Positions 39,678 through 48,952 of a stretch of DNA of 54,878 bases are shown here, one piece after another. Under the pieces are notes generated by a model, which made no database searches, was not told the origin of the DNA, and was given only the letters and a program-made list of their open reading frames with translations. The stretch spans positions 1 through 54,878 of the forward strand of contig CAZFUY010000003.1 of NCBI GenBank assembly GCA_964522445.1, given 5' to 3'. Numbering within the stretch: the stretch's first letter is position 1; each line of letters starts with the position of its first letter. The DNA comes from an uncultured Thiotrichaceae bacterium. GTDB taxonomy: Bacteria; Pseudomonadota; Gammaproteobacteria; SZUA-229. A program made the translations under genes and the position numbers.

Positions 39678-40211
39678 ATGTCAGTAATTAATATAGGTAT
39701 AGTGACCGCATCGGATCGAGCCAGTGCCGGTGTTTATGAAGATCTATCCGGTCAGGCAATAATTGATACGCTAAAAGATTATTTAATATCTGAGTGGCAG
39801 CCGGTTTATCGTGTTATTCCAGATGACCAGCATGTAGTTGAAGAAGCTCTCATTGAACTGGCTGATAAAGAGGATTGCTGTCTTATTGTTACTACAGGGG
39901 GGACTGGGCCAGCGCCGCGAGATTTAGTTCCTGAAGCAACAGAAAAGGTATGTAATAAAATGATGCCAGGTTTTGGTGAATTAATGAGGCAGGTTAGTTT
40001 GCAATATGTGCCTACGGCCATTTTGTCTCGGCAAACAGCAGGTATTCGTAATAAATCATTAATTATTAATTTGCCAGGAAAACCCAAATCGATTCGTGAA
40101 TGTCTCGATGCTGTATTTCCGGCAGTGCCTTATTGTGTTGATTTAATTGAAGGCCCTTTTCTGGAAACGAATGAAGATGTTATTAAAGCATTCAGGCCTA
40201 AAGCAAAATAA
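39678..40211 (+). CDS. mog: molybdopterin adenylyltransferase
   Basis: MoaB/Mog fold with TTGGTGPAPRD and the GFGELMR motif, 177 aa. Confidence 0.9.
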   Translation: MSVINIGIVTASDRASAGVYEDLSGQAIIDTLKDYLISEWQPVYRVIPDDQHVVEEALIELADKEDCCLIVTTGGTGPAPRDLVPEATEKVCNKMMPGFGELMRQVSLQYVPTAILSRQTAGIRNKSLIINLPGKPKSIRECLDAVFPAVPYCVDLIEGPFLETNEDVIKAFRPKAK

Positions 40212-40221
40212 TGCAATAGAT

Positions 40222-40488
40222 TTATTCCATAATTAAAAAAGGACAGCTATCTCGACCATATTGTTTATTAGGTGAGTACCAGAATACTCGATTAATTATT
40301 TTTCTGCCGGTGAAATATTTGCAATGCAAAGTTGGCTGTCTGTGTCTTCCCAGATCGCCATATTCGTCAACAAAATAATGCTGTCCTGGAATAGCTAAAA
40401 CTTCAGAAAACATAACCTTTGAGTCGGTTACCAGTAGAGCTATGATAGCAATCACTGCAATGGTGATAAAAGAAGAAATAAGTTTCAT
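40222..40488 (-). CDS. hypothetical small membrane-anchored or secreted protein (88 aa, 2 Cys)
   Basis: N-terminal hydrophobic segment MKLISSFITIAVIAIIALLV. No recognisable domain. Confidence 0.5.
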   Translation of the reverse strand: MKLISSFITIAVIAIIALLVTDSKVMFSEVLAIPGQHYFVDEYGDLGRHRQPTLHCKYFTGRKIINRVFWYSPNKQYGRDSCPFLIME

Positions 40489-40686
40489 TAGTTGCTCGCT
40501 TATTTAAACCTGGATTAAAGGGTTAGATGAGTAATATTCATCTAATTATATATTTAATAGTATTCAGATACTAATTGCCTCTGAATGAAGGTAAGTTCTT
40601 TGTTTCTCTTTTTGTAAAAATAAGAAAACATAACTGGATGCTGTGAGTGTCGTTGCGTGACACCCGTTATTTTTAATAATTAAGTG

Positions 40687-41115
40687 TTATTTGGATAATG
40701 CAATAACTTCTTGCTCCAGTTTGTCTAAGTATTTAACAACTTCCTTTGAATGGCCTTTGAGTATGGGGAATATATTTCTGGCCTCCATAAGGTTTTTTTC
40801 ATTTTGTTTTTTGGAGCGGCCAAAAAGTTTTGACAGAAATGAAACATTTGTTTCTTCAAATAGTAATTTAAAAATTCTTGCGTATGTAGAGTGCAAATTA
40901 AAGTGAGGTTGTTCAATAGCTTTAAAAGAAGGTAGGCTTTTCAGGTTTTGGCCTTCGCCATAATACCATTTACCAAATATACATTCAGTTCCGTTAATGG
41001 GGACCTGGTCTTTTTCAAGTGGTATGCCATGAATTAATGCATCTGCTTTCATTACCCAGCTTAGATGCGCCTGTTTGGCTGCCCTGATTCTTTTGATGAT
41101 CTCGCTCTTATCCAT
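40687..41115 (-). CDS. stand-alone chemoreceptor zinc-binding (CZB) domain protein
   Basis: It fits the CZB motif Hxx[WFYL]-x21-28-Cx[LFMVI]Gx[WFLVI]-x18-27-HxxxH exactly. The matching residues are HLSW, 23 residues, CIFGKW, 20 residues, HFNLH. Confidence 0.8.
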   Translation of the reverse strand: MDKSEIIKRIRAAKQAHLSWVMKADALIHGIPLEKDQVPINGTECIFGKWYYGEGQNLKSLPSFKAIEQPHFNLHSTYARIFKLLFEETNVSFLSKLFGRSKKQNEKNLMEARNIFPILKGHSKEVVKYLDKLEQEVIALSK

Positions 41116-41419
41116 TAAAAACTCCCAATCATTATTGTTGTTTTGCTACAAATAACATAATAACTATCCAGTGTGGATGTATATTCAGATTAACTCTTAT
41201 TAATTAAATTAAGATATCCTGTAAGACCAGATTGCTGGTTCTTATATCATGGATGGTTTACTGCTTATATTAGAAAGTAGGCTTGAAAAATTTTGGCATA
41301 CATCTGGCAAAATTGTAAGAGGCATGTTGTATTTTTTTAAAAAATCCACAGGAAAATAACTTTTTAAATATCTCTAAAGAATAAAATAGAGTATGGGGGG
41401 CATGTTGTTTGTTTTTAAG

Positions 41420-42085
41420 TTATTTCAGAATAAAGGTGAATTCTTTATTCTCTTTCCAGCCACGTTTTGTAAGTGGGTTACTGGTGGCGTATTTTGTAAA
41501 TTCATAATCAATGTAGCGGTAATGTAAATGCTCATCACGGCCTTTAGGAATGCCCAGACGAGTTGTTTGAATTGCTTTACTCACTTTTATGCCTGTATCA
41601 TCAAAATAGAAACACTGTTTATCAAACTGTTGTTGATCCCAGTCGTTAACTTTTAGAGCCAGTGACTGGCATAATAAAGTTTGCCCGCTGCATAATTTTT
41701 CCTCTGAGCGTTTTTTGCCAGAAGCTAATGGATTAAGTGATTGCATAATTTGAATAGCATCTGAATGAGTTAACTTATCACTAAAAGCAATGGCTGATTT
41801 TATTAATACGGCACAGCCTTCACCCTGTGTGCTGACATTTAATGAATCTTTTCCTCTGGCATAATACATATAAATTGTACCTGCGGGCATAAACAGTGCT
41901 TTTCGTTTATTAGTAAAACCCAGCGATGCATGGCTGCCCTTATCATTCAGGTAATAGGCTTCGGTTTCAATAATTCTGGCAGTCAGCCAATTGCCCTGAT
42001 AATTTCTACGGATAATTTTCCCCAATAAATTGCGGGCGACTGTGCAGGCATCGTGATTAAAAAAAGATTTTTTTAGTATGCTCAT
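41420..42085 (-). CDS. DNA-3-methyladenine glycosylase (MPG/AAG family)
   Basis: FF..DACTVARNLLGK, IIETEAY, GSHA, and GTIYMYYARG resembling the family's Y.IYG motif. Confidence 0.85.
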   Translation of the reverse strand: MSILKKSFFNHDACTVARNLLGKIIRRNYQGNWLTARIIETEAYYLNDKGSHASLGFTNKRKALFMPAGTIYMYYARGKDSLNVSTQGEGCAVLIKSAIAFSDKLTHSDAIQIMQSLNPLASGKKRSEEKLCSGQTLLCQSLALKVNDWDQQQFDKQCFYFDDTGIKVSKAIQTTRLGIPKGRDEHLHYRYIDYEFTKYATSNPLTKRGWKENKEFTFILK

Positions 42086-42142
42086 GATTTATATAGATAT
42101 TATTTTAATTTAACTTTAATTGTTGGCTTGTGTAAAAAGATG

Positions 42143-42179
42143 ATAGGTTTTTTCTATCAAAGCGATTGAAATTACTTAA
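42143..42179 (+). promoter_or_regulatory. candidate OxyR-type operator upstream of the peroxiredoxin gene
   Basis: ATAGgttttttCTAT (a perfect ATAG-N7-CTAT half) is followed after 7 nt by ATTGaaattaCTTA (a degenerate half). The site is about 130 nt upstream of the ATG at 42310. Confidence 0.35.
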
Positions 42180-42309
42180 GTTATAAATGCGTGTTTTGGC
42201 TTGTATTTTTACTGAATAACCTTATCTTAGCGTCTCTATTAGATAAATTTTACGGGATATAGAAAACTTTCTTATTTCCCTCCTCGCTAAATTATATAAG
42301 GAGTATGCA

Positions 42310-42915
42310 ATGAGTGTACTAGTTGGTCGTGAAGCACCTGATTTTACTGCAGCAGCAGTTCTGGGTAATGGCGAAATTGTTGAAGATTTTAATTTGAAAA
42401 ATGCAACAAGTGGTAAGTATGCAGTTATCTTCTTTTATCCTCTTGATTTTACTTTTGTGTGCCCATCTGAGTTGATTGCTTTTGATCACCGTCTGGAAGA
42501 ATTTAAAAAACGCAATGTGGAAGTGATCGGTGTCTCTATTGATTCACATTTTGCACATAACGCATGGCGTAACACACCTATCAATGAGGGTGGAATTGGT
42601 CAGGTTGGTTATACGCTGGTTGCCGATATGACACACAGTATCTGTAAAGATTATGATGTAGAAACACCTGATGGTGCTGTGGCTTTCCGTGGTTCATTCC
42701 TTATTGACAAAGACAGTATGGTTCGTCATCAGGTTGTAAATGATCTGCCTTTAGGTCGTAATATTGATGAAATGTTACGTATGATTGACGCATTACAGTT
42801 CACTGAAGAGCATGGGGAAGTTTGCCCTGCAGGTTGGAGCCAGGGTGATAAAGGTATGAATGCTTCACCTGATGGTGTTGCTGAATATCTATCTGCTGAA
42901 GCAGATAAGCTTTAA
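42310..42915 (+). CDS. typical 2-Cys peroxiredoxin (AhpC/Tsa family)
   Basis: Peroxidatic DFTFVCPSE and resolving EVCPAGW motifs, strong AAGGAG Shine-Dalgarno. No ahpF is adjacent. Confidence 0.93.
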   Translation: MSVLVGREAPDFTAAAVLGNGEIVEDFNLKNATSGKYAVIFFYPLDFTFVCPSELIAFDHRLEEFKKRNVEVIGVSIDSHFAHNAWRNTPINEGGIGQVGYTLVADMTHSICKDYDVETPDGAVAFRGSFLIDKDSMVRHQVVNDLPLGRNIDEMLRMIDALQFTEEHGEVCPAGWSQGDKGMNASPDGVAEYLSAEADKL

Positions 42916-43007
42916 GTTATAAATCGTAAGTCATGGGTCAGTTGGCCTTTGGCTTACGCTTCTTAATGGTTTTTATCTAAAGCCATTTTCTGTCTTTTTC
43001 TATCTTT

Positions 43008-43175
43008 TTACCATTTCATAGTTTCAGAAACATCATCAAAGAAGCTATTAGAATATTGCTTGTTTGGGTCGTAATATATATTAAATAAAACCAGCCCTAC
43101 TATGACAAGTATCCAGAAGGTAGCGGCAACAATTCTCCCTAAGCTTTTACGCAGGCTGTTTTTTCTTTTTTTCAT
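43008..43175 (-). CDS. possible 55-aa membrane peptide
   Basis: An ORF below the track cutoff: MKKRKNSLRKSLGRIVAATFWILVIVGLVLFNIYYDPNKQYSNSFFDDVSETMKW. It has a basic N-terminus and one TM segment. There is no other support. Confidence 0.3.
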   Translation of the reverse strand: MKKRKNSLRKSLGRIVAATFWILVIVGLVLFNIYYDPNKQYSNSFFDDVSETMKW

Positions 43176-43298
43176 TATATTTATATTATTCTTACTGGTT
43201 TAACTAAGCCTATGTTAAATACCAGTAAATTCAAGTGATTAGCCGATATTTCGCAGTGTTAGCTGTGAAATATCGGATTCTTAAGGTGTGTAGCTGAT

Positions 43299-44012
43299 TT
43301 AAAGCGTGTTATGCCAGGGCTTATTCTGCTGGTAGTTTTCCAGTCGCTGTTTGAATCGCTGCATGCGTGAGGCATCTTTGTCGTCAGTGGGCAATAGCGC
43401 AATGGCATGTTGCTGGATCTGAGTGGCCTGTTTAAACTGCCCAGTTTCTGCGTAGGCCGCAGCTAATGTGTCCAGTAATTCGGGGCTGGATTTTTCCTGC
43501 TCATTAAGCAGGCTTTGAGTAATTTGTACGGCTTTTTTACCATTGCGTTCTTTGGCAAGCGGGCAGGTAGAGAGTACCCAGGCAAGGTTACTCTGTGCTC
43601 GTTTAAAGGCATAATTATCTGGCTCTATCTGATTAAACCAGTATTTTGCCTGTTTGCAATTTTTCTCGGTGCCCAGTCCATTGGTATAAATTATACCCAG
43701 TTGATTTTGTGAATCAGCATGCTGTTGTCTGGCTGCGCGTTGCAACCATTCTATTGCTCTGGAATAATCCTGATTAACACCTTGCCCCCTAAGGTAAAGT
43801 CTGGCAAGTGTATATTGAGCCTCTGCCCGACCAGAACTAGCTAAAGATGTTATTAGCATAATGGTGTTTTTTGAAGTGCGGATGTCTGGGTTTGCTTTTG
43901 ATAAAGCGGGAAAAGAGCCAGAGCCTGTAAGCAGAAAAATGCCGCATAAAATTGAAATATGGGGGGATGAGCTACGTTTAATATCCATAATGACCTCTCC
44001 TGTTTTGTCCAT
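43299..44012 (-). CDS. exported Sel1-repeat/TPR protein
   Basis: Signal peptide and Sel1 repeats (AQYTLARLYLRGQGVNQDYSRAIEWLQRAA, SQNQLGIIYTNGLGTEKNCKQAKYWFNQ). The C-terminus is TPR-like. Confidence 0.8.
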   Translation of the reverse strand: MDKTGEVIMDIKRSSSPHISILCGIFLLTGSGSFPALSKANPDIRTSKNTIMLITSLASSGRAEAQYTLARLYLRGQGVNQDYSRAIEWLQRAARQQHADSQNQLGIIYTNGLGTEKNCKQAKYWFNQIEPDNYAFKRAQSNLAWVLSTCPLAKERNGKKAVQITQSLLNEQEKSSPELLDTLAAAYAETGQFKQATQIQQHAIALLPTDDKDASRMQRFKQRLENYQQNKPWHNTL

Positions 44013-44100
44013 GGTCGTATCAATGCTGAAGCTGGGTGCGTGCCCTGGCTAATATCCAGTCAATTAAGTTTAGTATAAAAAACTCAATCTATAATAATAC

Positions 44101-44916
44101 TTATGACTGGCAAGCAGAACAATAGTAAGTTGATCTTTGTTGCTGCTTGATTTGCCTGACAGGTTGGCCACATCTGGGGCAGGGTTTAGTGGCTTTGCCA
44201 TAAACATTCAGGCTTTGCTGGAAATAACCGGGCTTGCCATCTTGTTGTGTAAAGTCGCGTAGTGTTGTGCCTCCCTGCTTAATGGCTTTTGATAAAACAC
44301 TTTTTATACTATCTACAAGCAACTGGTAGCGTTTGAGAGAAATACGATTTGCCTGACGTTTGGGGTTAATGCCCGCCAGAAATAAAGATTCACAGGCATA
44401 TATATTGCCAACGCCAACAACGATATGACTATTCATAATTAATGCTTTAATAGCAATTTTTCGTTTGCGTGAAATATCAAATAAATATTGTCCATCGAAT
44501 ATATTGTTTAGTGGTTCTGGGCCTAATGATTTGATTAGCTTATGTTGATACGGATCTTTCTTTGTCCATAATACAGCGCCAAAGCGTCTGGGGTCTCTTA
44601 ATCTGAGTATTTTATTATTGGTGAAACAGATATCAATATGATCATGTTTTTCTGCGGCTTCTTTTTTATTAGAGATGCGCAAACTGCCCGACATGCCTAA
44701 ATGAATAATAACTGTGCCTGCTTTTGTGCCTAATAAAATATATTTTGCCCGCCGTTCGACTGTATCAATGGTTTGGTTAATTAATTCTTTTTTTAGTCTG
44801 TCGGGGATGGGCCAGCGTAGTTTCTTCTGTCGTATAATTACATCTGTTACGCGCTGATTTTTTATGTGGGGTTCTATGCCTCGGCAACTGGTTTCGACTT
44901 CGGGTAATTCTGGCAT
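44101..44916 (-). CDS. mutM: formamidopyrimidine-DNA glycosylase
   Basis: MPELPEVE N-terminus, H2TH region, and C-terminal zinc finger CPRCGQPV...YYCSACQ. Confidence 0.96.
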   Translation of the reverse strand: MPELPEVETSCRGIEPHIKNQRVTDVIIRQKKLRWPIPDRLKKELINQTIDTVERRAKYILLGTKAGTVIIHLGMSGSLRISNKKEAAEKHDHIDICFTNNKILRLRDPRRFGAVLWTKKDPYQHKLIKSLGPEPLNNIFDGQYLFDISRKRKIAIKALIMNSHIVVGVGNIYACESLFLAGINPKRQANRISLKRYQLLVDSIKSVLSKAIKQGGTTLRDFTQQDGKPGYFQQSLNVYGKATKPCPRCGQPVRQIKQQQRSTYYCSACQS

Positions 44917-44928
44917 TTATTTAACTTT

Positions 44929-45762
44929 TTAGTGTGGCTGAATAGATAATAGTTTATCTTTATTAGAAATATCCAGATGATACTCAATGTCTAATTCAGG
45001 GCGAGCCAGAATAAGCCACGGTTCATTGTCGGTAATTTTAAAAGAAATAACTTTATTATTCTCTACGGTAATATCAATCTGTCCTAGATTTTTTCTAGGC
45101 ATATAAGCATGTACAGCAAATGCTTTAGCAAATTTCCAGTTTTGTAATAGATTTTGAATATTGTCTGCGCTAGCAATATTTTCAGGTTTGGTCTTCCATA
45201 TATTATTGCTGTCTTTAAAAACTGTTAACTCGGGTAATGTTATTTTCTGGATGTTGTCTGTTTCAGAAAGAAGGGCTAAATCCACAAAGCTGGTTGGCTG
45301 AGAACTAATTAATGGGTAAAGAGTGTCATCAATTAAAAATAAATTTTCTCCAGATTTTAAATAGCGTCGGTGATTAACCGGGTTGGATTTTCCAAATTCA
45401 ATTAAGGTATTGTTAAATATAATACTGGCTCTGGGCTTATCAAGACCAAATGTTTTTAGATCAAGGTTTTTAGTGCTGTAGATGTTATCACTTTCTATTT
45501 CAACAAGATTTAGCAGACTATTTATTCTGAAACTGTGTGCGCGTGTAGCATGAGGTGATTTCATAAACCATTTATTGCCTTTCCTGGTCAGAATAATGTT
45601 CTCAGTTTTTCGTGGTATAGTTATTTTATTAATATCTGTTTTATTTAAAGATGTTATTTTCTGTTTTGTGTTTTCATTGTTTTCCGAGCTTAAAAAAATA
45701 AAGCCAGACAGTGCTATTAAAAAAGCCAGAAGTCCTAAATTAAGAATAAATCGAGATTGCAT
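44929..45762 (-). CDS. DUF4340-like membrane-anchored protein
   Basis: N-terminal TM followed by a beta-rich extracytoplasmic region. Its position after the GldG-like gene is the usual genomic partner arrangement. The family assignment is from recollection, not a search. Confidence 0.6.
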   Translation of the reverse strand: MQSRFILNLGLLAFLIALSGFIFLSSENNENTKQKITSLNKTDINKITIPRKTENIILTRKGNKWFMKSPHATRAHSFRINSLLNLVEIESDNIYSTKNLDLKTFGLDKPRASIIFNNTLIEFGKSNPVNHRRYLKSGENLFLIDDTLYPLISSQPTSFVDLALLSETDNIQKITLPELTVFKDSNNIWKTKPENIASADNIQNLLQNWKFAKAFAVHAYMPRKNLGQIDITVENNKVISFKITDNEPWLILARPELDIEYHLDISNKDKLLSIQPH

Positions 45763-47126
45763 TATTGTTTGCGACGTTTAAGCCAGATGCCTATGCCTGT
45801 GCCGAGTAAAGCCAGAGGAATAATTACTAAAAATCCAAAGCCAATAATAGCAATTTTTGTATCATTCATATTGAGTTGCAGATCGGGGGCATTTTTAGGA
45901 GTAATTGAGATAAGCTTATCATCTTCGCTAAGCCAGTTTATGGTGTTAAGTGCAAAAGTAAGATTTGCACCCTGACCAATATTATTGTTTGATAAGAAAT
46001 CACTATCGCCAATAATTACAATTCGCTGTTTTTTTGTGCTGTTTTTATCTGTGACTTGTCGTTCAAGAGCGATGCCTATGCTGAGAGGGCCTTTGGTGTC
46101 TCCTTTATCTCTTTCGAAATTAACATCAAGAATAAAACCATCTGTTTCAGACCAGCTTGTTTTCTGGGTTAATAGTAAAGGCGTGACTTTCCATTTGCTA
46201 TCTTTGTTTGCTGATAAAGCTGATGCAGTAACAAACAATGTGAAATATTTCATTTTCTCAGTTATAGGGTGTAACTTGTATTCCAGTATGGGCAACACAG
46301 CCGGATGGCTTAAGCCCAGTACCTGTCTTAAGTTTTTGTCGTTATCGACAACAACACCATGGGTAAAACTTATTTGTAGAAAATCAGCAATGGGTTTTAG
46401 TTCGCTGGCTACTCCAGGGTCCTGTAACCATAACAGGTTGCCACCCTTTTCAAGGTGATTTTTTATTTTATCTATTTCGCCTGCCAGAATTTTATTGCTG
46501 GCAGGTGTGATTAATAAAGTGGTGGAAGTATTATCTAGTTTATCTTTTAAAAGGTTTATTGTATGAGGCTCAATACCCTGCTTGAGTAATTTACTGGCTA
46601 ATGTGTTGTAGCCAATTACAGTTGTATTGGATGGATCTCTTTCGCCATGACCCTGTAAGAAAAGTAGCTGGGGTTTTCTGTTCCGGCTTAGTCTTAGCAG
46701 TGCATTGCTAATATTTTGCTCGCTTAATGAGTCAATAATTTCTGTTTTGTTATTGTAGTTAATAACAGTTTGCCCATATTTTTTAATTCTGTCTGCCTTG
46801 GTTAGTTCAAGTGCCAGATCAGGGTTAACAAGCTGAAATTGTAAATCATCTTTATGGTATTGATAGCGAGTAAGTATTTCTGTAACTGCTTTTTGCAGGG
46901 ATGGATCATCTGTTTGATAACTGCGAATGGTGATCGGGCCAGTTATAGTTTTTAGAAGCTTTATTGTATCACTGCTTAAAGAGTTTCGATTGCCTGCTGT
47001 CCAGTCACTACGAATATTATATTTTACGCTAATCCAGGCAAGTGCAGAAATTATTGTTATAAACAATAAAATAAAAATAAGGTATTGAATGCGATACTGT
47101 AATCTGGATTTTTGTGTAACGTGCAT
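45762..47126 (-). CDS. GldG-like ABC-transporter auxiliary protein
   Basis: N- and C-terminal TM anchors flank a large periplasmic domain with the GldG-type start (DWTAGNRNSLSSDTIKLLK). It follows an ABC-2 permease and an ATPase. Confidence 0.75.
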   Translation of the reverse strand: MHVTQKSRLQYRIQYLIFILLFITIISALAWISVKYNIRSDWTAGNRNSLSSDTIKLLKTITGPITIRSYQTDDPSLQKAVTEILTRYQYHKDDLQFQLVNPDLALELTKADRIKKYGQTVINYNNKTEIIDSLSEQNISNALLRLSRNRKPQLLFLQGHGERDPSNTTVIGYNTLASKLLKQGIEPHTINLLKDKLDNTSTTLLITPASNKILAGEIDKIKNHLEKGGNLLWLQDPGVASELKPIADFLQISFTHGVVVDNDKNLRQVLGLSHPAVLPILEYKLHPITEKMKYFTLFVTASALSANKDSKWKVTPLLLTQKTSWSETDGFILDVNFERDKGDTKGPLSIGIALERQVTDKNSTKKQRIVIIGDSDFLSNNNIGQGANLTFALNTINWLSEDDKLISITPKNAPDLQLNMNDTKIAIIGFGFLVIIPLALLGTGIGIWLKRRKQ

Positions 47127-47128
47127 GG

Positions 47129-47881
47129 TTATTTCTGTAAGCGTTGAGCATCCATATGATGAATGCTTAATACAATAAAGGTGATTATAAATAGCAGGTA
47201 GTAAACAATATCGCTGCTATTAACAATGCCGCGTAACATGGGGATGTTATGTTTAAGTAAAGACATATATGTAAAAAAACTACCGCCTTCATTGCTGCCA
47301 TTTCCTGCTGCGTCAATAATCCATAACATAATCAGCAACCCAAAAGTGCTGATAGCAGCAACAGTCGGGTTAGTGGTAAGTGATGATAAATAAAGCCCCG
47401 CGGCTGCAAATGAAGCCAGTAATAGAATTTCAGCTAATATGCCTGCAGCCAGTTTTCCCATATCTAAATCAGTGCCCATAAGTAAAGACAAAGGCATTAA
47501 ACTTATCATCGCAATAAGTAATAAAAGAAAAAATAGAATGCCTAAATATTTTCCTAAAACAATTTCAGTCATAGAGACAGGTGATGATAACAAAAGATGC
47601 AATGTGCCGCTGCGGCGTTCTTCACTAAGCAGACGCATGGTTAATAATGGGCAGATCATAAGTAAAAAAATACTTGCTGTACTAAATAAGGGTGCAACAA
47701 CAAGATCGGTAACGCCAGGTGCATGAGTAATATTTATTAGTTGCGGTTGTAGTTCAAAAAAAGTTTCCATTTGAACAAAGAAAACCCACGCCAGCACAAA
47801 CTGCATAACAGCTAAAATTGCCCATGCCAGAGGTGATAAAAACAGGCTGCGTAATTCACGTAAAGCAATATGTAAAATCAT
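47129..47881 (-). CDS. ABC-2 type permease (GldF/NosY-like)
   Basis: Six predicted TM segments, 250 aa, with a 4-nt overlap with the ATPase gene. Confidence 0.85.
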   Translation of the reverse strand: MILHIALRELRSLFLSPLAWAILAVMQFVLAWVFFVQMETFFELQPQLINITHAPGVTDLVVAPLFSTASIFLLMICPLLTMRLLSEERRSGTLHLLLSSPVSMTEIVLGKYLGILFFLLLLIAMISLMPLSLLMGTDLDMGKLAAGILAEILLLASFAAAGLYLSSLTTNPTVAAISTFGLLIMLWIIDAAGNGSNEGGSFFTYMSLLKHNIPMLRGIVNSSDIVYYLLFIITFIVLSIHHMDAQRLQK

Positions 47882-48840
47882 GCGACCTGCTCTTTATTAT
47901 CTGAATCACCTGAGGTTAGCCCAACAAAAATCTGCTCCAGTGATTGTTTTTCTGGCGTTAATTCCTGTAGCCCCCAGTCCTGAGCAACTGCGGCAGATAC
48001 AATAAGCTCACCCATTGGATTAGAGTCCTCTATTTGTAAGCGAAAGCGCCCTGGGTTTAATTTATCAACATGGCAAATACCAGCTAAAGCCAGTAGTTGC
48101 TCCGCAGGTGGCGGGCGATCAAAAGAAACCACAATGTATTTGCTTTTCAGTGACCGATTAATTGAAGCCATGTCGTTACTAAATACAAGTTGACCCTGAT
48201 TAATAATTTGTACGCGATTACACACAGCCTGAACTTCAGGCAGAATATGTGTTGATAAAATTACACCATGTTGTTGGCCCAGTTCCTTAATTAAATTACG
48301 TATTTCACGTATTTGAATGGGGTCAAGACCCACGGTGGGTTCATCAAGAATAACAACCGCAGGATTGTGAATAATGGCCTGTGCAATACCTGTGCGTTGC
48401 TGGTAGCCTTTTGATAAATTGCCAATTAAGCGGTGGCTCACATCAGATAAACCACAGCGCTGTTTTGCATGAGCGACAGCATTATTAATTTCAGCTTTTG
48501 CAATGCGGCGTAGTTGTGCGCTGTAGCGTAAGTATTCATCTACAGTTAATTCGGGGTAAAGAGGGGGCTTTTCTGGTAAATAGCCAAGCTGACTTTTGGC
48601 CTGTCTGGGTTTATCCAGTAGATCAATGCCGTTAATAAGAATGCGCCCAGCACTGGGTGCTAATACGCCGCTAAGCATTTTCATTGAAGTGGATTTGCCT
48701 GCACCATTAGGACCAAGGAAACCTAAAATGTCACCCTGTTTTAGTTCAAAGTTAATACCCTGAACCGCATGAGTTTCTGCATAGTAGCGGTGCAGGTCTT
48801 CAACAATAATTAAATTTTTTGCGGCTGCATTTTTTGACAT
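47878..48840 (-). CDS. ABC transporter ATP-binding protein
   Basis: Walker A GPNGAGKST, signature LSKGYQQR, Walker B VILDEPTVGLD. Confidence 0.93.
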   Translation of the reverse strand: MSKNAAAKNLIIVEDLHRYYAETHAVQGINFELKQGDILGFLGPNGAGKSTSMKMLSGVLAPSAGRILINGIDLLDKPRQAKSQLGYLPEKPPLYPELTVDEYLRYSAQLRRIAKAEINNAVAHAKQRCGLSDVSHRLIGNLSKGYQQRTGIAQAIIHNPAVVILDEPTVGLDPIQIREIRNLIKELGQQHGVILSTHILPEVQAVCNRVQIINQGQLVFSNDMASINRSLKSKYIVVSFDRPPPAEQLLALAGICHVDKLNPGRFRLQIEDSNPMGELIVSAAVAQDWGLQELTPEKQSLEQIFVGLTSGDSDNKEQVA

Positions 48841-48952
48841 GGATGAATAGTAAAGGAAAAGTGGCAGGGATCAAGTTGTATATGTTGCACTACCTCTTGC
48901 CTCCTAATCTCTATTACTCCATCATTACTATTTTGCAGAATTAATAATCATA

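Noticed and set aside
40647-40675. Orphan + strand terminator-like hairpin (GTGTC-7 nt-GACAC followed by a T-run), possibly marking an sRNA between the 88-aa gene and the CZB gene
   Set aside because: The stem is only 5 bp. There is no convincing upstream promoter and no + strand gene to terminate. It is too weak to call.
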